The translations under genes were made by a program, and so were the position numbers. This document shows positions 24,900 to 32,000 of a DNA stretch of 32,000 nucleotides, piece by piece (position 1 is the first letter of the stretch; every line of letters starts with the position of its first letter). The notes beneath the pieces were generated by a model. The model was not told the DNA's origin, did no database searches, and saw only the letters and a program-made list of their open reading frames with translations. Source of the stretch: Akkermansia muciniphila ATCC BAA-835 (lineage in GTDB: Bacteria > Verrucomicrobiota > Verrucomicrobiia > Verrucomicrobiales > Akkermansiaceae); contig NC_010655.1 in assembly GCF_000020225.1 (NCBI RefSeq), forward strand, positions 1,110,001-1,142,000. The letters run 5' to 3'.

Positions 24900-24987
24900 A
24901 ACATTTAACATCAATAACCGGTATGATTCCCCAGGCAGTCCGTTCTTCGGCGTGATGTCCTCCGGGTCATCGTTTCGCCAGCCAGCC

Positions 24988-27900
24988 ATGTTCCCGCACC
25001 GTTTTTTTTCCGTTCTCCTCTTTTTTCTTCTGTTCCTTGCTCCAGCCAGGTCTGCTGATGTTGAATATGTCTGGAGGGGTGTCGATTACCAGTGGGGTTC
25101 CCTGTCCAACTGGAGTGTCGGAGGCATTGCCGCCTCTTCCGCGCCAGGGGCCGCCGCTTCCGCCTATGAACATTGGATGGTAACCAATGGAACGGATTCC
25201 GCGGGAAGGACGGATGTCGGCGGATTGGGCGCGGGGGGCCGCTATTTGAAGGGCGTCAGGATTGAGGGGCTTAACAGCCAGCCGGAAGGCAAAATCCCAT
25301 TGTTCATTAAAAACACGAACAAGGATGTATATTTGCGCGTGGAGGAGGGCGGCATTACCGTGGAAAATGCCGGAGAAGGCGGTTATTCTGCGGATTTCGG
25401 GGTCGCCCAGCTGCGCGTAGCCGCGGACCAGGAGTGGCATGTGGCTGAAGGGCGCAGCCTGTATGTGGGGCATGACGATGACGCTCCGTCCGGGGGATTG
25501 TGTTCCCTGACTTCGGAAGGCGATGTTCCGCGGCGCGTGACAGTGACGGGCGGAGGCGCCGTGCGCATCGGGGAAGGGATGCTGCTGAACAATATTTCCG
25601 GCCTCATCGGTTTTGTGCTGAACGCCGGAAAGGGAATTCCGACGCTGGATCTGGCGGACCGGGGCATGGGCAATACGGTGACGGTGGAAGACGCTGCCCG
25701 CCTGGAAGGCATGTCTTTGTACCAGGGGGCCCTGGTGACGCGGGAAAACGCGTCCGTGACTTTTTCCGGAACGGAGGCCAAGGCGTCCGGACAATGGAAC
25801 ATTGGCGCGGACACGGAGTTGGCGCTGGAAAATTCCACGCTGGACCTGACGGAGGCGGGTGTGGACGGCAACGTGATTCTTTCCGGCTCTTCCGGCATTA
25901 CCGGGGATAAGGGAACGCTGCGGCAGACGCTTCTGGATGATGCCCGGGTCACTTATACGGACAGGAATGTCAAGGCGGGGGAAATCCGGAGCGTAGGCAG
26001 CAATGTGACGATAACGCTGAATAATTCCTCCATGCATTTTGACGGAGAAATTCCGGAGGTGGACCTGGTGGTGCAGGGCAGCTGCGCACTGGGCGGCAGC
26101 GGCGCCTTTTCAGGAACGATTACTTATGCGCCGGGAGGCACCCTGACTGTGGATGGGGATATTTCCCTGCCCAGTTCATCCCTGACGCTGGGGCGTCTCC
26201 ATGTGGCTACGCTGGACGGCGTGCCGCAAAACTCCGCCGTCCGGCCGGAAACCCCTGCCCAGCAGGCAAGGGAATATGTGGTTTTGTTTGATTCCTCCTT
26301 TGAGGATTTGATTTCCGAATGGCCGGGCAGGCATACGCTGGGCGTGCAGTTCCGGCCGGATATGGGCGCCCCCGTCACCGTAAAGGAACTGCCTGAAGGG
26401 GCGGTTTCATGGAATTATGATGCCGCATCCGGCTGGCTGACGCTGCAGACGGATGTAGCGGAAAAGCCGGACATGCCGGCGCATGTTTCCGGAGCCAGGC
26501 CCAACATTATTTTTGTCCTGGTGGATGACATGGGCTGGGGGGATATGAGCGTCAACTGGACGCAGCAGGATAAAAACGGCAGGCAGGTGACCCGCAGGAA
26601 TGAATTCAAGACGCCTACCCTGGACACGATGGCGGCGGAGGGCATGCAACTGAGGCGCCATTACAGTGCGGCTCCGGTATGCGCTCCGGCCCGCGCTTCC
26701 CTGCTGCTGGGCGTTCACCAGGGGCATTCCCGGGTGGTGCGCAACAATACGTTTGATTACCCTATCGAGAATTCCCATACGCTGGGAACGCTGCTGAAAA
26801 GCGCGGGTTACCATACGGCGGCCATCGGGAAATGGGGCGTGGGCGGAGGCGGACAGAGCGGCAAGGCTCTGACCGCGGCTCCCCACATGCGCGGGTTTGA
26901 TTATTTTTACGGAATCATCAAGCATTTGGCGGGGCATTACCATTATTTGACGGCGGGTTCCCAGGATATTTACGAATATAATGACCAGGCCGCGGCTCCG
27001 GCGTGGGAGAGCGTCAGCGCGAAAGTTCCGGGCACCGCCTATGATACGGATTTGTTCGGGGCCCGCGCCAAACAGTGGATTGTGGACCACCATGAGAAAA
27101 CTCCTTCCCGGCCTTTCTTCCTGTATCTGGCTTTCCCGGCTCCCCACGGCTGTCTGTCCGCTCCCGCCTGTGCCTATCCGGCGGGGCTGGGAAGGGACGG
27201 CGGCCTCCAGTGGGAGAAAAAAGACGGCTATGAAGCCTGCAATACCGCTGCGGACGGATGGTCGGGGGTGGAGGGGGATTTTTCTCCGGATACCTATATC
27301 TACCCGGAACATGAGGTTTTTGGAAGAACGGAATCCCGCCACGCCACGATGATTCGCCGGGTGGATGACGTCCTGAAGGACATGATCCAGCTGCTTAAGG
27401 ATTTAGGCATTGATGACAATACGATGATTGTCTTCACGTCCGACAACGGCCCCCACAATGAACCCGGTTCCGGCAATTACGGCAACGGCGCGCAGGATCC
27501 CGCGTATTTCATGAGCTACGGGATGATGGACGGCATTAAGCGCGATTGCTGGGAAGGCGGCATGCGTGTTCCGGCCGTGGTACGCTGGCCCGGTGTGGTT
27601 CCCAGCGGAATCAGTTTGAATGCCAGCCAGTTCCAGGACTGGATGGCTACTTTTGCGGACGTGGCCGGAGTGCCCGTGCCGTCCCGTTGTGACGGCGTTT
27701 CCCTGCTGCCTACGCTGGCAGGGGTGCCGGAACGCCAGAAAACGGGCGTTATTTATGCGGAATATGCCTATAGCGGGAGCACTCCGAATTACAGCGATTT
27801 CCTCCAGCAACACAGGGGGAGAGGGCGGCAGCAGCAGCAGATTATATTTGTGGACGGCTTCAAGGGGATTCGGATGGGGAATGCCGCCCCCGCTACGGAT

Positions 27901-29232
27901 TTTGAAATCTACGATACGGAAAAAGACCCGCAGGAAGCGGCGAATCTGGCGGCATCCCGTCCGGACCTGCAGGAGAAGATGAAGGCGCAGGCGCTGCGCT
28001 CCCGCCGTTCCTCCCCCATTGCCTCCACCAGTTTTGACACCAGTTATATCGCGCCCGTTTCCGCCCCCGCTGGCCTGCGGGAGGGAAGGCTGCGCTGGCG
28101 CGCGTGGAACCGCTCTTTTGACTGGGTGCCGGATTTCCGGCAGCTGGAGGAGGGGCCCTGTTCTACGGGTGCGACGGATGTTTCCGACGTGCTCAGCGTC
28201 AAGGCGGGGCTTTCCGGTCAGAAGGGGGTGGAATTGACGGGCTATCTCAGGGTGCCTGTCACCGGGGAATATCAATTTTACCTTCAGACGGATTCCAATG
28301 AAGGCTCCAGGGCTTTTGTCCATTTGCACGATATGCAGCTCATTGATGCGGATTATGCCTATACTCCCGGAACGCAGGCTGCCTCCAACGCGCGGGAAGG
28401 CGTTTCCGGCGATGTGCAGCCCAATGCCGTTCAGACGGTGAAGCTTACCGCGGGGCTGCATCCCATCCGCATCGGCTATGTGGGGAAGGCGGCTTCCTCC
28501 TCCCTTTCCCTGCAATGGGAGGGGCCGGAAACCAGCGGCAGGGAACCCATTCCCGCCAGCGCGTTTTCCTATGAATACGTGAATCCCTTCAATCTGGAAA
28601 AGACGGAGGAAACGGTAGGATGCGCCGCCTCCGGTACGGGGCTGACCGTGCAGACGCATCTTCCCTGGACAGTTTCCTGCGACCAGCCATGGGTTACGGT
28701 TTCCCCCGTTTCCGGTTCCGGAACCTCAGTGCTGGATATTGCCGTGGAAGCAAACGGGCTGCAAACGGAGCGGGAAGCCGTTGTCACCGTCGTATGCGGC
28801 GGGGAGCAGAGGACATTCACGCTGCGCCAGGAAGCTGCTCCTGCCCCGGCAGGGTACGACAAGTGGAAGCAGGACCATTTTGCGGATGGGACGCCGGATG
28901 AGCAAATGGCCCCGGATGCCTGTCCCGCCGGAGACGGAATTTCCAATCTGATGAAATATGCTACGGGCATGGATCCCAACCAGCCCTGCGGGAGCGTGAC
29001 GAAGCTGGCTGTCCGCGAGGAAGCGGGCGGGAAATACCTCGTGCTTTCCTGGCCTGTGAATCCGGAGGCGACGGATGTGACGTTCCATGTGGAAAGTTCT
29101 TCCGACCTGGAGGAATGGGCTGACGAAGGGGCCGTCACTCCGGACGGGGCCTGCGGGGAATTCCGCGATACGGTTGCGCTGGGAAAAGGCTCTCCGGAGC
29201 GCCGGTTCCTGAGATTAAAGGTGACGAGATAG
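24988..29232 (+). CDS. Secreted multidomain sulfatase: signal peptide, beta-helix-like region, S1 sulfatase, PA14, BACON-like domain, C-terminal module
   Basis: Signal peptide MFPHRFFSVLLFFLLFLAPARS, then AD (24988-25053). Sulfatase core from RPNIIFVLVDDMGWGD (26497) with the formylglycine motif CAPAR (26680-26694), FTSDNGP and WEGGMRVP. PA14-like GYLRVPVTGEYQFYLQTDSNEGSRAFVHLHD (about 28075-28575). BACON-like LPWTVSCDQPWVTVSPVSGSGTSVLDIAVEANGLQTEREAVVTV (about 28615-28836). I chose the start ATG at 24988 because it opens directly into the signal peptide. Confidence 0.85.
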   Translation: MFPHRFFSVLLFFLLFLAPARSADVEYVWRGVDYQWGSLSNWSVGGIAASSAPGAAASAYEHWMVTNGTDSAGRTDVGGLGAGGRYLKGVRIEGLNSQPEGKIPLFIKNTNKDVYLRVEEGGITVENAGEGGYSADFGVAQLRVAADQEWHVAEGRSLYVGHDDDAPSGGLCSLTSEGDVPRRVTVTGGGAVRIGEGMLLNNISGLIGFVLNAGKGIPTLDLADRGMGNTVTVEDAARLEGMSLYQGALVTRENASVTFSGTEAKASGQWNIGADTELALENSTLDLTEAGVDGNVILSGSSGITGDKGTLRQTLLDDARVTYTDRNVKAGEIRSVGSNVTITLNNSSMHFDGEIPEVDLVVQGSCALGGSGAFSGTITYAPGGTLTVDGDISLPSSSLTLGRLHVATLDGVPQNSAVRPETPAQQAREYVVLFDSSFEDLISEWPGRHTLGVQFRPDMGAPVTVKELPEGAVSWNYDAASGWLTLQTDVAEKPDMPAHVSGARPNIIFVLVDDMGWGDMSVNWTQQDKNGRQVTRRNEFKTPTLDTMAAEGMQLRRHYSAAPVCAPARASLLLGVHQGHSRVVRNNTFDYPIENSHTLGTLLKSAGYHTAAIGKWGVGGGGQSGKALTAAPHMRGFDYFYGIIKHLAGHYHYLTAGSQDIYEYNDQAAAPAWESVSAKVPGTAYDTDLFGARAKQWIVDHHEKTPSRPFFLYLAFPAPHGCLSAPACAYPAGLGRDGGLQWEKKDGYEACNTAADGWSGVEGDFSPDTYIYPEHEVFGRTESRHATMIRRVDDVLKDMIQLLKDLGIDDNTMIVFTSDNGPHNEPGSGNYGNGAQDPAYFMSYGMMDGIKRDCWEGGMRVPAVVRWPGVVPSGISLNASQFQDWMATFADVAGVPVPSRCDGVSLLPTLAGVPERQKTGVIYAEYAYSGSTPNYSDFLQQHRGRGRQQQQIIFVDGFKGIRMGNAAPATDFEIYDTEKDPQEAANLAASRPDLQEKMKAQALRSRRSSPIASTSFDTSYIAPVSAPAGLREGRLRWRAWNRSFDWVPDFRQLEEGPCSTGATDVSDVLSVKAGLSGQKGVELTGYLRVPVTGEYQFYLQTDSNEGSRAFVHLHDMQLIDADYAYTPGTQAASNAREGVSGDVQPNAVQTVKLTAGLHPIRIGYVGKAASSSLSLQWEGPETSGREPIPASAFSYEYVNPFNLEKTEETVGCAASGTGLTVQTHLPWTVSCDQPWVTVSPVSGSGTSVLDIAVEANGLQTEREAVVTVVCGGEQRTFTLRQEAAPAPAGYDKWKQDHFADGTPDEQMAPDACPAGDGISNLMKYATGMDPNQPCGSVTKLAVREEAGGKYLVLSWPVNPEATDVTFHVESSSDLEEWADEGAVTPDGACGEFRDTVALGKGSPERRFLRLKVTR

Positions 29233-29420
29233 GGAATCACCGGTTTCTCTTTCCGTTTCCCGATGATGATTCCTTACGGGAACAGGGGCCTTCCGGCCCT
29301 GCTGCCTCCCGTTACGGATTTTTTCCGGAAGCGTGATTCTGCGTGTTCCGGCCCTCCGCTGTCCCGGCGCATCCAGCGCGGTACGGCCGGGGACACCGTG
29401 CCTTAGCCAGGGGAAGAATA

Positions 29421-29798
29421 TTACTCCCCGTCATTTTCCGCATCGGCAGGGGGGGCTTTGGGCAGGTTCTTGTCAATGTCTTCCAGAAGGTTGACCAGGT
29501 CAACGCCGCGCTGGGCGGAGTCGTCCAGACGGAAGGTCAGGCGCGGCGTATTGCGCAGCACCACGCGCCTGGCCACGGCGGACTGGATAAGGCCGTGACG
29601 GGAGTTCAGTTTTTCCAGCACCTGGGAGGGAGCCATTTTCCCTACGACGCCCACCCATACTTTCCCCTCTTTCAGATCGTCCGTCACTTCCACTTCAATC
29701 ACGGTGACGATTGTTCCGGGAAATTCAAAATCCCGCTGAATGGTGGTGCCTATTTCCCGGCGCAGGAGTTCGTTTACCTTGTCAGTGCGTCTGCTCAT
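29421..29798 (-). CDS. rbfA: Ribosome-binding factor A
   Basis: MSRRTDKVNELLRREIGTTIQRDF...VTVIEVEVTDDLKEGKVWV...LRNTPRLTFRLD matches the RbfA KH-like fold pattern. It lies downstream of infB, as in the nusA-infB-rbfA operon. I chose the start ATG at 29798. Confidence 0.9.
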   Translation of the reverse strand: MSRRTDKVNELLRREIGTTIQRDFEFPGTIVTVIEVEVTDDLKEGKVWVGVVGKMAPSQVLEKLNSRHGLIQSAVARRVVLRNTPRLTFRLDDSAQRGVDLVNLLEDIDKNLPKAPPADAENDGE

Positions 29799-29862
29799 AT
29801 GAAGGGATAGAGTGATGAAGGGACCGATTGGTTCAATCGGAGAAGGAGGAATAAGGGAAAGG

Positions 29863-29919
29863 ACAGGGACGGAGGTTTCCCGGACGCCCGGAGGAGCGTG
29901 CAAGGAGCTCCGTCCCTGT
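29863..29919 (-). promoter_or_regulatory. Perfect 12-bp stem with a structured 33-nt loop in the infB-rbfA spacer
   Basis: 29863-29874 ACAGGGACGGAG is the exact reverse complement of 29908-29919 CTCCGTCCCTGT. On the minus strand it is followed by a pyrimidine-rich run, CCTTTCCCTTATTCCTCCTTCTCC. A second hairpin, CCGATT/AATCGG, lies at 29824-29840. Confidence 0.35.
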
Positions 29920-29939
29920 TGGATGATTTTTGTTGGGGG

Positions 29940-31991
29940 TTACAGCGTTTGCTGGATTTTTTCCAGCGTGTAGCATTCGATGATGTCGCCCGTTTCGTAT
30001 TCGTTGAAGTCTCCGAGGCGGATGCCGCATTCCAGACCTGCCTTGACTTCTTCCACTTCATCCTGGAAGCGGCGGAGGGTGGACATTTTACCGTCAAAGA
30101 CGGGCGTCTTGTCGCGGATGACGCGCGCCTCGCAGCTGCGGAGGATTTTCCCGTCCTCCACCATGCAGCCTGCCGCACGGCCCTTGTTGAGCTTGAAGAC
30201 CTGGAGCACTTTGGCGTGGCCGATGATGGTTTCGCGCGTTTCCGGTTCCAGAAGGCCCAGCATGGCATCCCGCACCTGGTCAATGAGTTCGTAAACGATG
30301 GAATACAGTTTTACCTGCACGCCTTCCCGCTTGAGCAGTTTGACGGCGTTGGCTTCCACCTTGACGTTGAAGCCCAGGATGACGGCGTCCGAGGAGGAGG
30401 CCAGCAGAACGTCCGATTCCGAGATGGGGCCGGCGGAGGCGTTCAGGAAGACGCATTCCACTTTGTCCGACTGGATGTCCAGAACAGCTTTCCTGATGGC
30501 TTCCACGGAACCCTGCACATCCCCCTTCAGGAGTATTTTGAGCTGGGCTTTCTGGGTGCCGTCCCCCATCATGGCGAGCAGTTCTTCCATGCGTGCCTTG
30601 CGGGGCTGGGCCAGGCGCTGCTTGCGCAGTTCCTCCTGGCGTTCTTCCCCAAGCTTTTTGGCGGCGCGTTCGTTTTCCATTTCCACCAGTTCGTCCCCCA
30701 CGTTCGGGGTTTCAGAGAAGCCGGTGATTTCCACGGGCATGCCGGGCCCTACCTTTTTGACGCGTTCGCCGTGGTCGTTGACCAGGGCGCGCACCTTGCC
30801 GGCGTAAGGGCCGCAGATGAAAGGCATTCCGACGCGGATGGTGCCGCTTTCCACGATGGCCGTGGCGGAGCTGCCCGTGCCGGGTTCCACGCGGGCCTCA
30901 ATGATGGAGGCGCGGCAGTTGGCCTTGGGGTTGGCCTGGAGTTCCAGCACTTCTGACTGGAGGACGAGAAGGCCGAGAAGGTCGTCAATGCCGGCCCCGG
31001 TCAGGGCGGAGACTTCCACGCATTCCACATCGCCTCCGAAGTCCGTGGGAACCAGCCCTTCTTCCATCAGGCCGCTCTTGGTCTTGACGGGGTCTGCGGC
31101 CGGAAGGTCGCATTTGTTGATGGCGACGATGATGGTTTTGCCGGCTGCCTTGGAGTGGGCGATGGCTTCCCGCGTCTGGGGCATGATGCCGTCATTGGCG
31201 GCCACCACCAGAACCACGATGTCCGTGACGTCCGCGCCGCGGGCGCGCATTTCCGTGAAGATGGCATGGCCCGGCGTATCCAGGAAGGTGAGCGTGCTGC
31301 CGTTGTAGTCAACCGTATAGGCGCCGATGTGCTGGGTAATGCCCCCGGCTTCCCCCTTGGCCACGCGCGTTTTGCGGATGTAGTCCAGCAGGGATGTTTT
31401 GCCGTGGTCCACATGGCCCATGACGGTGATGATGGGCGTGCGCGTGATGAGGGTGGCTTTGGGTTCTTCCACCACCGGCACGGGTTCCGGTTCCTTGACG
31501 GGTTCCTGCTGGGCTTTCACGCCGCCGCCCTTTTCCCGTTTTTCACGGGCGAATGTGTAGCCGTGGAGGTCGCAGATGGAACTGACGGCGTCCGCATCCA
31601 GCGGCGTGTTCGGGTTGGCGAAGATGCCCATGCCCATCAGATCCTTGATGATTTGGAAGGGCTTGGCTTTCAGCATGCCCGCCAGCTCGGAAACGGAGAC
31701 GGGCGGCTTGAGGTTGATGATTTTATCGTCTGCGGAGGGTTCTTCCTGGGGTGCGGGCGCGGCGGGTTCTGCGGCGGCCGGGGCAGCGGCGGGCGCCGGA
31801 GCGGCGTCAGCGGCGCGCGACGCTTTTTTCTTGTTGCCGGAAAGCAAGTCGAGAGCTTCTTTCTTGACTGGAACAGGGCGGGAGGGCGCCGGTGCGGGGG
31901 CCGGCTGGGGTGCGCGTTTCTTTTTGGAAGATCCGCCGATCAGATCCAATACTTCCTTTTTGGGTTCTTTCTCTTCTTGTTTATTAGGCAT
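29940..31991 (-). CDS. infB: Translation initiation factor IF-2
   Basis: GTPase core VTVMGHVDHGKTSLLD, DTPGH and NKCD. C-terminal EVGDIIECY-like end TGDIIECYTLEKIQQTL. The N-terminus is Lys/Ala/Pro-rich. 683 aa. Confidence 0.95.
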   Translation of the reverse strand: MPNKQEEKEPKKEVLDLIGGSSKKKRAPQPAPAPAPSRPVPVKKEALDLLSGNKKKASRAADAAPAPAAAPAAAEPAAPAPQEEPSADDKIINLKPPVSVSELAGMLKAKPFQIIKDLMGMGIFANPNTPLDADAVSSICDLHGYTFAREKREKGGGVKAQQEPVKEPEPVPVVEEPKATLITRTPIITVMGHVDHGKTSLLDYIRKTRVAKGEAGGITQHIGAYTVDYNGSTLTFLDTPGHAIFTEMRARGADVTDIVVLVVAANDGIMPQTREAIAHSKAAGKTIIVAINKCDLPAADPVKTKSGLMEEGLVPTDFGGDVECVEVSALTGAGIDDLLGLLVLQSEVLELQANPKANCRASIIEARVEPGTGSSATAIVESGTIRVGMPFICGPYAGKVRALVNDHGERVKKVGPGMPVEITGFSETPNVGDELVEMENERAAKKLGEERQEELRKQRLAQPRKARMEELLAMMGDGTQKAQLKILLKGDVQGSVEAIRKAVLDIQSDKVECVFLNASAGPISESDVLLASSSDAVILGFNVKVEANAVKLLKREGVQVKLYSIVYELIDQVRDAMLGLLEPETRETIIGHAKVLQVFKLNKGRAAGCMVEDGKILRSCEARVIRDKTPVFDGKMSTLRRFQDEVEEVKAGLECGIRLGDFNEYETGDIIECYTLEKIQQTL

Positions 31992-32000
31992 CTTGATTTA

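Noticed and set aside
24865-24987. Upstream extensions of ORF-track starts: 24865 for the sulfatase, and likewise 4625 (ppx-like), 2630 (map), 13356 (GT11), 17719 (DJ-1), 23853 (cstA), 29903 (rbfA) and 11375 (SGNH).
   Set aside because: The extensions overlap upstream genes or run through terminator or promoter-like AT-rich DNA. They also add non-conserved residues ahead of the point where the family N-terminus or signal peptide clearly begins. I preferred the internal ATG (or GTG) starts.
29233-29420. Several short hairpins (TTCCCG/CGGGAA, GGGCC-TTCC-GGCCC, CCGGAA/TTCCGG, GGTACGG/CCGTGCC) and a 10-nt direct repeat TTCCGGCCCT in the convergent sulfatase-rbfA spacer.
   Set aside because: All stems are 7 bp or shorter. 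None has a correctly placed U-tract on the relevant strand, so I could not assign a convincing terminator to either gene. The direct repeat is too short to distinguish from chance in GC-rich DNA.
1-32000. Search for mobile elements, CRISPR arrays, rRNA/tRNA genes, toxin-antitoxin modules or known defence-system genes.
   Set aside because: I found no transposase, integrase or recombinase motifs, no regularly spaced direct repeats, no RNA-gene signatures, and no nuclease, ATPase or methylase gene combinations typical of defence islands. The accessory-looking content is glycan- and mucin-related instead.

Overview
Densely coding, GC-rich bacterial chromosomal window. I call 24 protein-coding genes and found no rRNA, tRNA, CRISPR array, transposase or integrase. 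The gene content suggests a Verrucomicrobia / Akkermansia-like mucin degrader: a PEP-CTERM protein, a giant sulfatase with PA14 and BACON-like modules, nagA, a fucosyltransferase island, and almost no Shine-Dalgarno sequences. That taxonomic assignment is inference only.

Layout:
(1) 1-3.5 kb: tail of the ribosomal spc operon (rplO-secY-adk-map).
(2) 3.5-8.4 kb: an AT3-family membrane acyltransferase, then a Ppx/GppA-like gene and ppk1.
(3) 8.5-17.0 kb: a glycan-assembly island. Six co-directional minus-strand genes (GT-B, GT2, GT11 alpha-1,2-fucosyltransferase, GT2, tandem SGNH-like protein, GT8) plus one divergent GT2.
(4) 17.1-23.7 kb: a minus-strand run of a DJ-1/PfpI protein, an orphan lipoyl-E2-like protein, nagA, a secreted cyclophilin, an LplT-like MFS transporter and cstA.
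(5) 23.7-29.2 kb: an AT-rich divergent control region with a repeated palindromic box, a monocistronic PEP-CTERM protein, and a ~1414-aa multidomain sulfatase.
(6) 29.4-32.0 kb: rbfA and infB on the minus strand.

Most notable observations: the fucosyltransferase island has no export genes and carries a duplicated SGNH protein. The ppx-like gene beside an intact ppk1 has lost its ASKHA catalytic acidic residues. The E2-like gene lacks the catalytic His and has no E1/E3 partner. The sulfatase has an unusual architecture. A 17-nt box is shared by the cstA and PEP-CTERM upstream regions. Perfect 12-13 bp hairpins follow rplO, nagA and infB. All family calls rest on motif recognition by eye; no searches were run.
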